In this document: positions 27,451-41,417 of the stretch, piece by piece
How the letters are laid out: every line of letters starts with the position of its first letter
Numbering within the stretch: position 1 is the first letter of the stretch
From: Lama glama
Taxonomy: Eukaryota
Direction: 5' to 3'
NCBI GenBank assembly: GCA_028534125.1
Contig: CM052817.1
Span: 49,788,001-49,852,000, forward strand
DNA length: 64,000 nt
Position numbers and translations under genes: made by a program
The notes under the pieces: generated by a model
What the model was told of the DNA's origin: nothing
Database searches by the model: none
The model's input: the letters and a program-made list of their open reading frames with translations, nothing else

Positions 27451-28217
27451 CATCAAGCAGCATGTAAGATATATTAAATTTTTCTCCTCAGCTAGATTAT
27501 TACATGCACAAATATTCGGTTCGTTGGTTTATTATTATAATTGGCTGGTAATTATTTTCATGAGGAGTGCTTTAGTCATTGCCACATAAATTTCTTTTCT
27601 ATTATTCACCAAAAAGAATACATTATTATATACTATGCATCAAACACTGTGCATTGTGCTATGAATAGGAAGATAAGTGAGATTTCTAAAAACGTATTCA
27701 TTCGACAAGTATTTTCTTAGCAGCTCCTTTGGGCTAGAAGTTTAGGAGACAGCAGTGTCCTAAATAAGTATGCTCCATTCCCTGATGGAACTGACAGTAC
27801 TGCCTGAAAAACAGACACTGAACAAGTATCACAAAAGCAATGAGTGTTGCAGAGATACGCAGCTGCTACACTGAGGGGAGCTGATGCAGTGGGAGTAAGT
27901 TCAAACAGGCACACAAATGTACTTGTATAAAATAATGAACTATCGGTGAAAGAGGTACACACAGGAAGTGAGAACACGGGCAGTGAAAAACTAATTTAGT
28001 CCAAAGCTGGAAGGGATGACAGTTGGGGAAGAAAGTCACAGGTCAAGGATGGCCCCCTGAAGGAGGTGAGCCTGCGATGGGAAGCAGACTGGTGGAGTCT
28101 GGGGCGTGTGCTCCTCATCTTCTCACACATGCTGAAGGAACAATGTATGTACTTGGAGGATTTTGGTAATTTTCACATAACTTGGTATAGTATTTCAACA
28201 GGAAATGTCAGGCTTAA

Positions 28218-28484
<267 letters not shown>

Positions 28485-28897
28485 TGCAGTAAATATGTCT
28501 CTGCTGCAAAGTCCATATGCAGGTGTGCCTGTCTAAAGTTCCAAAACTTCACTTTTCAGCTGCAAAAGGAACTGAAAATGTCCTATTTCAACATTATGTT
28601 ACAAAAATGTTTCACAAACACTAGTCTTTCTCTATTACTATGGATTTTATATTTTCTTAAGAAAACTATATGAATGCTGCATAGTATTGTGGCTGTGTGC
28701 CAGGGGAGGCATAGTAAACTATTGTGATAATGTAAGTGCTATTAGTGAGAAAAACACGTACCCTGAGAGTGGCAACTAGAGGGACCTGGACAAGTTTCTG
28801 CAGGGTCAGAGGAGTTTCCTCCGAGGACATCTCACTGAAGCTGATGGGTGGTTTTTGAAGTGAAAAAAAAAGTGAAAGAGGGCCACAAAAGTCAAAA

Positions 28898-29060
28898 TAT
28901 CCTTCTTTTTTGTGGGTGAGTTGTAGTCCATTACACATACATGCTGCATCTTCTTTATCCATTCAGCTGTTGATGTGCATTTGGGATGCTTCCATGTCTT
29001 GGCTATTATAAATAAAGTTGCTGTTAACAGTGGGGTGAATGTATCTTTTTGAATTAATTC
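28898..29060 (-). mobile_element. L1 fragment in the presumptive TMPRSS11D 3' UTR
   Basis: ATCTTCTTTATCCATTCAGCTGTTGATGTGCATTTGGGATGCTTCCATGTCTTGGCTATT is an antisense L1 ORF2-end/3' UTR motif. Confidence 0.75.
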
Positions 29061-29247
29061 TTATTTTGTGGTTGGCTTTATTTCTTTGGTAACTATGCAA
29101 GTTTAAAAAGCTAAAGTTCTAAACGCTCTTAGAAACAATGAACAGTACATATATGTAAATTTTTAAAATATGTGCAGTATATTGTATTTATGTATTTATG
29201 CAATATATTGTATATGTGCAGTCAAATTGTAAAAATTCTACCTACCT

Positions 29248-29571
29248 AATAAAACTGAATAAAATTTAATGGCACAGCAATTTATGTAGTCTGAATTATG
29301 AATGTTACTGAATTTTTATGGGATTCTAGCACAGCTAAAGCTTGGTTATGCACAATCATCTATGTGTCAGGGCTTCTGCTGCTAAAAGTTAACTCATGAC
29401 ACCGGGGTATCAGAACAAATACTTGCATTGTGATGAAAACAACTTGTATTTCTTCATGTAAAATTGTGAAGAGAACTACAATGAAGTCATTCACTTTGAA
29501 GAATTTGAAAATTAAACCAACTTTCAGTGAAATGTACAGACAAATCATTGGTACACTCTCTTTCAAATAAA
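29248..29571 (+). terminator. Candidate TMPRSS11D polyadenylation signals
   Basis: AATAAA at 29248, 29258 and 29566 (also 29011, inside an L1 fragment) downstream of the stop. Which is used cannot be determined here. Confidence 0.35.
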
Positions 29572-31329
29572 CTCTTCTAAAATCATTTCTCTGCCTAAGT
29601 ATTTATGGAAGTTACAATTTATGAAAGACAATCCAAAACAATTTATTTAATTGGTTTTCCAACAAGAGGATTGCCAACTAGACTCTAAAGACTTGACACT
29701 TTCTGCTGCCTTATAATCAAGCTCTATAACTAAGGCAAGCGTCCAGCTTGCCACTCCCTGGCTGCACCCTCTGAGGACAATATTAAACTAGTAATTTACA
29801 GTAAGCATCAAGGGGAGTGTGTTTCTAGGTGGGTGTGTTGGTGTGTTCGTATGTGTGTGTGCACATACCATCACATAATCATAAACATGCTTGTTTATTT
29901 CTATATATTGAAAGCAGAAATTATACTTATTTAGCAGAAAATAGCAAATTCAATTGTTTATTGATAATAAAATATTTAGCAAATAGTCATGTTTTTATGA
30001 AAAGATATTTGAACACCAGAAAAACATCTATTTTAAGAGATTTTTTTTTTAATGTACTGATGAGTTCTGTCTTCCTGACAGCTAAGTAACTTCATGAAAG
30101 CAGTTTTGAATATTTATGGGAAGGGTGATGATTCATAAATCTTTTCAGTTCTTAAAAAATCATTCTGGAAACTCTGGAAGAAACATTCTAGCATCCTAAT
30201 TAAGTCCCCAGAAAAGTTATTAATACCAAGGAGAATCCTTTCCAGCATATAGAAAACACAGACTAAGTAATTTTTTTTAATGGCAAACAAAGTGTATATT
30301 TGATGTTCAAATTGAAACCTCCTGAGTTTAGTGAATAGAACTAATGAAATGAGAATTATTCAAGAAAGTTTAGAGCAAGCAATTGACTATAACATTACTT
30401 GGAAGTTTTAATTACAGAGTGTAGATCATTTATTCATTTAACAAATTTATCGAGCCCTGTATGTTCCAGACTCTCTACTATACTATACTATTCTCTACTA
30501 TATGCTAGTGAAACTAAGATAAACAGACATAGTCCTGGCCTTTAGACACTCAATATGACAAACATACAACATAACATAATGGATTCAACGATAAGGAATA
30601 AGATATTTATTACAAGATAACAAAAGAATCAGGAAGTTTCTAGAATCCTTGGGGAAAGTATTTTATAATATCAAAAGTGAGTCTTCCAGAGCATCATTTA
30701 TCATGAACCATACTAATTACTCTGTGGTTAGAGATAAGGGAGTCAAGAACTTCTCAGGTTATTTACTTAAACATGTCATAGTCTCTAATTTATATAATTC
30801 AATTCCTGTTTTCCAGTTTACTAAATCTTAAATGCTTCAAACAGATCCAAAATAAAGTTTTTTTATTTTTTATATGTCTACATAATCCAAATCTCAAATC
30901 CTAGTCCATTCCATTTCTAGTCAATCAGTTTAATTAATTTCCTATGGGGAAAACAGATTATCACCTCCCTCCCATATTTCTAGAGATTCGTTTCTATAAG
31001 AATCAGTTTTCTTTTGAAGAAACAGTTTCCTTATCATGGGAGATATTTAAGCAGAAGCTGGATGATCACCAGCAGAAATGTTTTACAAGATTTCTGCAGT
31101 AGGTCAAGTTTCAAAGCAGATCATTGCTATGGTGCTTTCTAGTCTAAGATTCTACCCATGATAAGCAAATAGTTTTGAGAGAGCATAAAATCTGAGAGAA
31201 ATAAGAATTTCAGAGTATTGGGACATTTGTTTGTTTAATCTGATGCACGACCATGAAACAAATTACCTAGAGTAAAGAAATATATAAGACAGTAAAGAAA
31301 AAAGGAAAATTAAAAATAAAGCCACTGTA

Positions 31330-31985
31330 ATATATCACAAATGCACACTTAGTAAAGGATTAAAAATGGAAAGCACTGGCAAGGATGGGGGAGGATAAAT
31401 TGTGTTAACTTGGAAAAATTTTGGAATTATGTAGTAAAGGCTATATGCATAACCTATGCCGTAGCAATTCTACTCCGAAGTGAATACTCTAGAAATTCCT
31501 ACATGTGTAGGAATATTCAAAGCAGCATTATTCTTCATAGACAAACAGTGGAAACAACCAAATGTCCATTAACAGTAAAATGGATAAATAAATGTTATAT
31601 CCGTACAATGGAATACCATATAACAACAAAAATGAAGAGACTACAGCCACATCTAACAATATGAACAAAAACACAAAGTTAAAAGAAGTCAGTCACAAAA
31701 GACTACATACTATACTATTGTATTTGTTTAAAACTATATTGTTTAGAAATTCATTCCTAGTCATGAAAAGCTATTTTTAAAAAGCAAGTAATTTATTACC
31801 AAAAATATGTAAGACAATGTTTACCTTTAGAGGAGCAGGGTAGAACAGTAATTGGGAAGGGAAAGGCAAAGAGCTGCTGGTTTGTTAGCAAACGTCTACG
31901 GATATCTATTTGCTTTATAGTAAGTCACTGAGTTGTACATTTACGTTTTATGTGCATTCCTGTATGTGTACTGTTTTTCACATCT
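31330..31985 (+). mobile_element. Old L1M 3' fragment
   Basis: GGAAACAACCAAATGTCCATTAACAGTAAAATGGATAAATAAATG...AATGGAATACCAT. Confidence 0.7.
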
Positions 31986-31986
31986 C

Positions 31987-32545
31987 TGATGCAGAGCATT
32001 GATGGGCAGCCCAAACATGCTGAGGAAGCAATCTATAATTCTCAGGTCATTCAGGAAAGTACCCTTGAAGGAAATGTGGGGCCAACTGACATCCTTCAAA
32101 GTCCAACGGCCCCCATCTCTGGGCTCTCAGATGTCTGCCTGTGATCCCTCAACAGACAAAGTACATTCTTTACTGGGTGTGTTTCCCCTAACAAACTAAC
32201 AGCCCTCGGTAATGCATAATCTCACAACAGCTCAGGCTGGCTCGTTTCAGCCCACCTTATCAGAGTTCATAAACCCCACTGCCCATCACGGACCCTAAAC
32301 TTCTTACCTCACCTGCAACCAGAGACTTGTGCACAAGCCGATCAGGCACCTTGTGACCCACCTTATAAAACACCCCAACAACCGGCCCCCGGTGCTCACA
32401 CAGGCCCCTCTCAGCTGTGTGGCACGCTGTTGTCTATGGCAGCATACCCCTAAGACTCCTTTTCTATTCTCATACATTATGTCTGGTAAACCCTTTTACC
32501 AACCTGAGAGTCACAGTGTCACCAACAAGACGCCCATGTCCCACA
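31987..32545 (+). mobile_element. Solo LTR (ERV1-like, old)
   Basis: TG...CA ends, TATAAAA at 32364 and a U5-like TGTCTGGTAAACCCTTTTACC; no clear target-site duplication (TSD). Confidence 0.6.
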
Positions 32546-33981
32546 ATAGGAAATATGTGAAACTTTTTTCTTCCTTTTAAATATGTATCACAATGAATAG
32601 CAGAAAAAGCATTTTATTTCTGTTCATGATCTGCATTAATCTTTTAATAACTATATATATATATTAGTTTTTAGCAGGATTGCCTATCAATGCTAACGTT
32701 GTTATACTTAATATTTCTAGTGTGCATAGTACTAATTCAAATATCTGGTTCTATTTCTTCCATAATAAGTAATTTTCCTAAGATATAAATTTTTGAGGGT
32801 AAAATAAAAAGATACATATAATCCAATTTAGTAACAAGAAACCAGCTCAAGTGATTCAGAGTTAAATAATTCATGTTAAATGATTCAGACTAAATAATTG
32901 TACTTGCAATAATAAAAGTAAACATGCTTTAATCAAAGGTTGTGTGTTTTGTTTATTTGTAAATACAACTCTCAAACATTTTATTCAGCTTGTCCTAATC
33001 ATTCCTTTCTTAAAATCTCAAACTCTTCATTATAATAAAAGTGTTCTGATTTGGGCCTTAATTCCTGTAAGAATGGACAGCCCCAAGGACTTGATGCATC
33101 CCCTGAACTCCCTCTAGTCACTGCCTCCAATGAAACTTCCTCCTCTGAAGGAAAGAAAAAAAAAGCTTTCATACATATCAATGCAATGAAAGGGAACCTA
33201 GGATGAAAGCATGAAAAAGCATTGGTGAAAACTTCTGGATTTTAAGAAAGTCAGTCAGAAGTAGTGTTGTACTCTAGTTTTTAAACAACAGAACTACAGT
33301 AGCTTTCAGTTAACTGAATCAAACATTATCTGCAATTTTTAAACTTCAGAGCTAGAAGGTTCTAATGCTGTCCTAACTGAATGCCTCTCATACTCATTCA
33401 TCGTGGGTCAGCAGAAAAAAAAAATGCTGCCTTTTGTTCCTTTTGTGATGATTTATGCACGCTCAAAGGGTAATTTCACTGAACTTTTGTTTGTCCTGAA
33501 CAGTCTTAGGATACAATCCTGTTTCTTTTCAGCCTTAAATATATCACTTTCTCTCTACTTCTGACAGTCAGAGCGACTTAATGAGAAGAATACAAATTTG
33601 AATAAAGTATCAAAATTATAAGCTATAAAAAATAAAATTATACAATACACATCAACACTGGCTCCAAAGATATGTTTGTACTACCTAGACAAATTAAAAA
33701 ACAAAAAACTTTAAAATTATCCTACAGATATCAAGGTCTATCTAATTATATTATTCTAGTTTAAAAAAAAAAGAAATTTCCATTTAGTCTGCAGTAAAAT
33801 GGAAACCTTTTTCTTCTAAAATTCTGAAGCTTTTTCCAATCTCTTCACTAAAACTCTTCTCTATAAATTTGTCCAGCATGTCATATAAATTGACTAACTT
33901 CATTTTTTTCTCAAACCTAGCTCAGGAAACAACAATCGCAAAATAAAATGCCCTTAATTTGGAGGTAACACTTACCCTTGG

Positions 33982-34506
33982 TGTCGCTGGCGAAGCCCAC
34001 CAGGGTCCCTGGGAAAAATAAGACGGAATCTACACGATACCGTCTAACCTCTTCCTTTGTACTTAGTCTAGTGGCACTCGCCTACAGGGGCCCATGTGCG
34101 GAAGCCTTGCACCTAACTCGCAGGATTAGAGCTCCCAGGGCAGGGCCGCCTGGCGCCCACCGCACGCAGAAGCACCCCGCGCCACAACACAACTCAAGAT
34201 GGCGGCGGGGGCCGTGTGCAGAGACGCTGCGCCGGGCACTGCGATCTGGAGCCGCCCGCAGCGCCGCTGCGACCGCCAGGCGAGAACCCGCCCCCGCCTC
34301 GCTGACGAGACCCTCTAAAGCAGCCCCGCCCACAGCCTGTGAGCGGGAACCTACACTCGAGATCCCGAGCTTGCACCTCTTCATTCTCTGACTAAAGAAT
34401 AAAACTTTTCCTTGTCTCTGAGATGAACTCAGTCGTGTTCTCTTGCTGAAGGAGACACCGGTCAGGAGGACCCTTGCTGGAGCCCAAGTCCAAAGGGTCC
34501 GTAACA
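33982..34506 (+). mobile_element. CpG-rich solo LTR (young ERV)
   Basis: TGT...ACA termini, near-TSD TTGG/ATGG, AATAAA at 34398, YY1-type CAAGATGGCGGC at 34195, GC boxes at 34287 and 34324, and a sharp GC transition against AT-rich flanks. Confidence 0.8.
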
Positions 34507-36377
34507 ATGGCAGGAGATTGAAATGAAGACTTCCCTTCTTCACCAGTTCTGCGTACCGAGATGTAAGTGTGACTTTCCTTTCTTTGTAGTTTCACATAAT
34601 CTGGAGGGTAAAATGCAAGCGAGGAGACGTAATTGTAACACTCTCCTCATGGCAAACATTAAGAAAATCAGAATAACTCTCTCATTAGAAAGAGTTCTCT
34701 AATTAGAGGGATTCTTTTACCCTGACTCCAAAATAAGATTTTTTAATGATAATCCTCTAAAATATGTTCTTAAATTTTAAAAGTGAAATTGAAATTTTTT
34801 TGATGATGATTTAAAAGTGGACCAATTAAAAAGGCTTGTAAATGAGACAAAGAAAAAGGAGGAGTAAGAATGGGAGGGCTTACAACCCATGTAAATATTC
34901 TCAGTGATGTTTGCTTTAAGGAGATTTGAAATCATCCATCACTTAAAATATTTACTGATACATGAATATATATTAAAATTACACACAAATGAAAAAGTTT
35001 AAAAGGCTCCTACATTTTAACGTATTGGATTCTAAATCTTCAGGTAAGTTTTTAACATTTAAGAAAGCAAGATGTATGTTCATATCATGTATTTTCAGGT
35101 TAGGTTTCTTATGGAACTCAATAACATTGAATGATATAATCACGGAGACTGAGGAGACAAAAATATATAGCAATTAACCTTATGACCAGTTTATGTCACA
35201 GGTTTCTCATGAGATTTACACAATCACGCAACATATGCACACAAATTTTCCACGTAATCCTAATGGGATTTAACTTTTCAATAAGTTAAAATGTGCTTAT
35301 TTTTCATTTCAGAATCCCCATCATAATGCATAAGAGATAATAGACATTCAATGAATGTTTGAATAAATTAAGGAGAAAAAGTTAAAATTCAGTAGCATTA
35401 AGGAAAAAAAATTATTTTCTCAGAGTTAATGGAGATTATAGCCAGAAGAAATTTTATCGTATATTCAGCCATTTATTTTATTGTGGTCTCCAAAATCAAA
35501 ATACACATGGAAAATCTAAACTTCAGTAAATAATTCTGTCAAAAAATTTTCCAAGTATACAGCCTGATTTATTAAAGGTTACAGAGCTAAAGGATGAGAA
35601 GGGCACATACAGGGACACAGATGCAGAGACATAAACACTTTCAAACACATAAAATTATGGAACTCAATGGAATAATATATTCATATCAATACAATCATAT
35701 CCACATTAACAAAAAAATCAAAGAGTATTCTCAGGTAAGGATAGAGAATTTGACTAATTAGTTCTTATGAATTGAACAGTTTTATAATAATAGTTAAAAT
35801 ATGAATTATCAACAATGAGTATACACATATATACTCAATAACTTTTTAAATTCATTCATTATTCATAATATTGTTTCTCAAATTATGAATTGCATGTATT
35901 CCAGGATTACCGTTTAGACTGGCTCTCTTGGTATTCCAAATAAAAATTTTTGCATAGAACAATGTCTTCTAAGTGGCTTATTTGTTATATTTAAAAAACC
36001 AATAAAATTTCTTCTTTCCCAAGTGCCTTTTAAACATTGAAATATCTTTATGTCTTATCCTTTGTGGTTTTCCAAACATTCTCTTCCTTAATGTTTTCTA
36101 TTTGAAAACTGGATAGAAAAGGGCATAACATGTATTTTATACTTACTTTTAACTGAGATCCATTTTAAAATTTCACCTGAAATGTTCAAAGTGACTATGA
36201 ATGACTAAGCCAAAACTTTTTTAAATGTTTGTTTTAATATTTTTTATTATAATAATGGAAAATAATTAAAAGCTTAAAAAACTAGTAACTGCTAATAATC
36301 AGTTATCAACTTTCACTTTCTCATTCTCTTTCAGTCCTCATCTAAATACATAATTTTACTTAGTTTGTAACCATAAC

Positions 36378-36762
36378 TGTTGGTTCCCAAACTGGCCCCT
36401 GTACACAGAGAACAAGGAGAGACTGAAGAAAGAGGCAGACCACTCCAAACTGGTTGGTGGCAGTTTTCATAAACGAGAACTTGCACGCGGGACTTGTGTT
36501 GGGTGGCTGCAAGAACAGATCTCCGCCAGAATCTTAAAAGTTTATTTAAGGCCTTAACTGGGTTCAATCACATATACTGTCCAGTTGATCCCAGCAATAC
36601 ATTGCTCTCTCAAGGCCATGGCTTTGAAAACAGCTCCCACTGTGGGAACGGTGGGCAGAACACACACTCCAAAGACAGAGGAACCAACAAGGGACCTCCA
36701 CTGCCCAGGTCCAGCTTGCAGGTCAACTGGCAGTCATGTCCTTTCCATGACCTCCTCCAACA
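36378..36762 (-). mobile_element. Solo LTR
   Basis: Perfect terminal inverted TGTTGG...CCAACA enclosing a 385-bp GC-elevated block; orientation tentative. Confidence 0.65.
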
Positions 36763-38975
36763 ATATAATACAAATTTGGATTCTGCCTTATTCACCTTAT
36801 ATTTTAACTTTTAACATTTTATGCTGCTTATGATAATTATTAAAAGGTTTTAACTTTTCATTTAGTTTATATGTCAATGCATCCATTAATATTTACTTAA
36901 AATGAGTTTTTAAATATTTCTCATTTCACTCCAATGGTTAGTTGATTTTTTAAATGATAGCTTTTAAAGTGAACACTTAGATTTATAATAAGAAAAAAAG
37001 AAGGTACTTTCAGTTTTTTAAAGTGTTTTTGTATCCGTCATCACAAATGTTAGATATACATGGCAGACACTGTCAAACACATGAAATTATGGAATTTAAA
37101 AAGAAACTTAGAGTTGTAACTTCCATATAGCCCCTTTCTATGGCATCTTTCTTCTACATAGTTTTTTAAAGCTACTACTCTATGTCTTTCCTTGATACTT
37201 CTAAACATCTCATTGCTTAAAAACTGAAACTTTTATGAAAACCCCTTTTTTGTATAACTTAAAGTCTGCCTTTATAAAGCTCATATTCACACTTCTCTAG
37301 CTGGTATGATTTTTTTTTTGCCATGAACTCGAGTGTATCCCCCAAAAAAGTAATTTTCTTAATTATGTCTCTTTCAAGCCCCCATCCTGCCTAATTATAG
37401 CAGCTGTACACACTATTCTTGGTAGGTTTAGTCAATCTAGCTTTATTAGGCAGTTTGGGGTTTTAAAACTCAGTCAAGTTACTATATTCCTCCCTGTTCT
37501 CTACGTTCCAGGTGACCTAGCTTATATAATGTCAAGCACTGGGGCTAAGGGACTGATCTACAGTCATCATCTGTCCAAGTTATCAACTCCTGAGATGCAC
37601 ATTGCCCATCTGCAGGCATTATCAACCCTCTACACCTGTCCTCTCAGAAGCCTTGGTTCCAGTCTTGCCTCAGACTCTGCAGATCATGCTGCTAACTGTT
37701 GGCAGCCTCCAACAGGTCAGTCAGCTTTCTCACGTTCATTTCTGCACACTGCTTAGAGCCATGGAATAAATAGGCTACTAGCCCCCACAGTCATCAAACT
37801 CAACAAGGACCCTACCTCAGGGTGTCACAGCCTTGATACACTGTGAAATCTCCCTATTCAAGGGCCAAGCACCGTGATGGCACAAAGAACTCAGCAAGGT
37901 GCAAGATCCCATGACTTCATGATGATAAAGCAGTACATTTTGAGAAGATCACAGGGAGAATGTAAGGATTGACCTATCTTAAAGGATGAGTAGGATTTAC
38001 AATAGCTAAATAAAAGAACTTAATAGATATTTTGAAGAAAGTTGTAAAAACATAGTCTGGAATGCTCAAATAAACACAATCAAAGTAGAAATTGTTAGAG
38101 AATTCAAATGTATCTGATCCAAGGTCTCATTAATAATTGATATGAGAACTGCCATTATGGTTATTTTTCATTCTAATACAAAGATAATTAGTCTGATTAC
38201 CTTTCCCTTCGCATGTTTTTTGGGGAAAAGGAAGTAGCATAGGTAAAACAATGATTCTCCTTGATCGTATAATAAGTTCGTATCTCTTTAACAAAGACTG
38301 TTACCCAGGGAAGCCTTTCTCCAAGTTTATACTGCTGGTCGCTGGCCTCTGGCTGGTGGCTAAACATTAGAATGTGTTTTATCTGTTCTCCATGCCAGTA
38401 TCTGCTAAGAACCAGAATGCTATCCAAAACTTTGAAAAATGACTAGTTAAACCCATATATATATGCTTTTAACAAAAAAATCAACACCCTTTGGGTTTCA
38501 GGGAATAAAAACTCTTAGTGAGTGCTAGTATTCTGGTAGCAGTAAAAATTTCAGGGAGGAATTCATAAGGGATGAGATATGTCGAAGGAGGCAAGTTACA
38601 AGTTGGAGAGTATTCAGATCCTAATGGAGGGTTAGAGCTGGGAGAGTCATTGGCCTTCCATCAAAAGGCAATAAAGAAACTGCCGCAGTCTGGACAGTAA
38701 GAAGTGCAGCTGCCCTCTCCAGATTCACTAAATGCAGAACTGAGTGAAGACTGACTATCCTCAAACCAGGTGACCTAATTCCTTCCTCAGTCATAACAAC
38801 TGAGAGTTTTAAATTTTGCCTCTACTTGGGTCATCTGATTATTTATTACTTATGAAGCAGCATATATATAGCTAGTGTTTTGCTAACGCACAATTAATTA
38901 GGAAATCCTCAAAGTGCTTTGAAGATGAAAATTTGTGAGTGCTAAGTATTTTCATTAGACCATTATCATAAAGCA

Positions 38976-38983
38976 CATAAAAG
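38976..38983 (+). promoter_or_regulatory. Candidate TATA-like box of TMPRSS11C
   Basis: CATAAAAG about 70 nt upstream of the TMPRSS11C ATG; positional evidence only. Confidence 0.35.
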
Positions 38984-39046
38984 TTACAGGATCTTGTAAG
39001 CTACATAGGTGGAGAATGACTGTGCCACACGGCACTCGGGGAGAAG

Positions 39047-39102
39047 ATGGCAAAGGGACAGCCTCTGCGGAGAGAGCAGGCATGGACCGTGCTGCAGAAC
39101 AG
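39047..39102 (+). CDS. TMPRSS11C: TMPRSS11C coding exon 1
   Basis: ATG in strong Kozak context (aagATGg), MAKGQPLRREQAWTVLQN(R), donor AG|GTGGGC. Resembles the recalled mouse Tmprss11c N-terminus MARGQPRRSEEQWTALQN; phase 2 fits exon 2. Confidence 0.85.
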
Positions 39103-41417
39103 GTGGGCTCAAGGGGGCTGGGCAGCAGGACGGCTTGCCATTGCTCCTCAGGGAAATTTTCTGAAGGGACCAAATTAGTGAAAGTTGCTTTATTTGTATT
39201 TTAAAGTCTCAAAATGACCCTTTGTGGAAATAAAAGAAAATCAAGAATAATTAGGATGGATAAATTTTAGAGTCTGTTTTGCTTGGTAGTTTTTGTGAGA
39301 AATCTTTCCATCACAATTATAGCATTCATCAAAAGTATATGTATAATTGCTGAAATTCCTGAAGTAAAATTGGGGGATTTACTTTTAAAAAGATAATTTC
39401 ACTTTGAAAATTGAAAGAACACAGGATAGTTATATGTATCAGTTTCAATAGTGTGTGTCAATATAGAGACATTAATGCTTGCGTTCACAATATGCTTGCT
39501 ATTTTACCTAACTGGTAGACAGAATTTTAGGTCTTAATATCTAATTATTGAAACAGCACATTGCTTCACTGCCACACATTTTTAGTAGTGTGATTTAACA
39601 TTTCAGTTGGAAACAAAAACAAGAGAGGATTTTCTTTCTGTCCAATAGCAGTGCCATATACTTATAGATAGCAGTTGGCTCAAAAATTAAAGAAATGTTC
39701 TGACTGTTTCTGTGGGACACACAGATGGATAAATAATTTTTTATTCTTAAGCTAATCAAATTAGCACACAGGAAAATGTTCACATGCACATTGCAGTCCT
39801 TCCTGTCACTTCAAAATGCATGCCTTGATAAACCTATTGAGCCTGACTCATTTTTTAACAAAATCTTTAGACAACTTTTCTGGTTTTGATATCTTGCCAA
39901 TATTTAGATTCTAGGTGAACAGTACAAAATTGGGCAGAATGTAACTTCTCGATGAACAACTTTGTCATTTTACACATTCACATTAATATTTAGATTAATT
40001 AGCTGTAAGAGAACCCCTGAAATCTTGTCTCTTAAACTGTGATGTTAATCCATAAGATTTAATTAACAAAAACCAGTAAAAATGTTTGCTATTGGCTCTA
40101 ATTAAGGTGTTTTTTGTCCATGTTAACTTGCTCAGCTCCTTATGCTCCATAAACAGTATGTGAGAAATGTGTAGATAGACTGTGGTTTCATCCTTTCAAG
40201 GAAATAATGATTTTTTAAGTAAAACTCTCTGGCAAGCAATACTTTCTGAAATTGCTAAATGATCCTCAGTATCATTACCACCTTACCATTATTACACCTG
40301 AATGGCTTCAAGATACACTTCGTTGATAGATAACACTGGAAAATTAAGGCATATTGCTAAAATCAAATGAAGTTTTTCTATTCCTCATGTCAACTCCCAC
40401 CTAAGACCCCAATTCTGTTGAATAAGGGGTCTATTTTTCAACCAACATCTCATATAATAACACTATGAAAAAAATTGAATTTAAATGTCTCACATTGTAT
40501 TTTTAGAAAATATTTTAAAGAATCTGGATGCTGACAAAGTTTAATTTTCCTTTTGAATCTAGGAATTACACACACACACACACAAAAATTATACTCCAAG
40601 TTATTTGCCACATCAAATTTCATTCTCCACTTTCCACATTTTTTTTTGAGACTTATACCATGGCAAGCTGTGTTAAGTAAAATAGGCAAACATACCCATG
40701 GGTATGGAAGGGGATGCTTTAGGATAATGCTCATTTACAGGAATTTGAGTTACCAGGGTTTTACCTCATCATTTAGTCTTTTCTTTTTCCAAAACTTTTG
40801 TACGCTGTTCTAGACTCAGTAAGCGAGTTGGTCATATTGAAAAGTGTTTTCTTCTAAACTTTTACATAGTAAGATGTATTTAGTGTTTTTTATTTTATTA
40901 TCTACCAAAAGAGTTCATGAGCATCACAATTCCATGGAAATATTGAGAGATTAATTTTATGTGCAAGATGCACATATAATTTTGACAAAATAAATAGTCA
41001 AAGTTTTTTTTTAAGTAAAATGAAATTTCTAAAAAGATTAAGATTTCGAATATTACCTGCATTGGGGATCTAGTAAATATGTCTTCAGGGACTATCATCT
41101 ATTCAGGGAATGACTAAAAAAATAAATTTTCTGATAGATATTTGATTTTGCAAATAAAATTAATGTGAATGTTTTAAACTAATCAACATTTAGTATAGTC
41201 ATTTTGATGTATCTTGAAATACATATTAGAAACATCTTTCACACACACAAATGTACAAACATACCTACAATATTATATGTATGGATATATAGTATATAAA
41301 ATATGATATGTGATATAAATAAAATATATGAAAATATAAATGTGAAGTATTTATATTACTGTAACCTAATATATATGTGTGTATATATATATACACCAAA
41401 CATAAAACATCAAAATA

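Noticed and set aside
33978..34595. ORFs of 137, 153, 60 and 67 aa over the GC-rich block
   Set aside because: They coincide with the LTR; high GC suppresses stop codons, most start at non-ATG codons, and no domain is recognisable.
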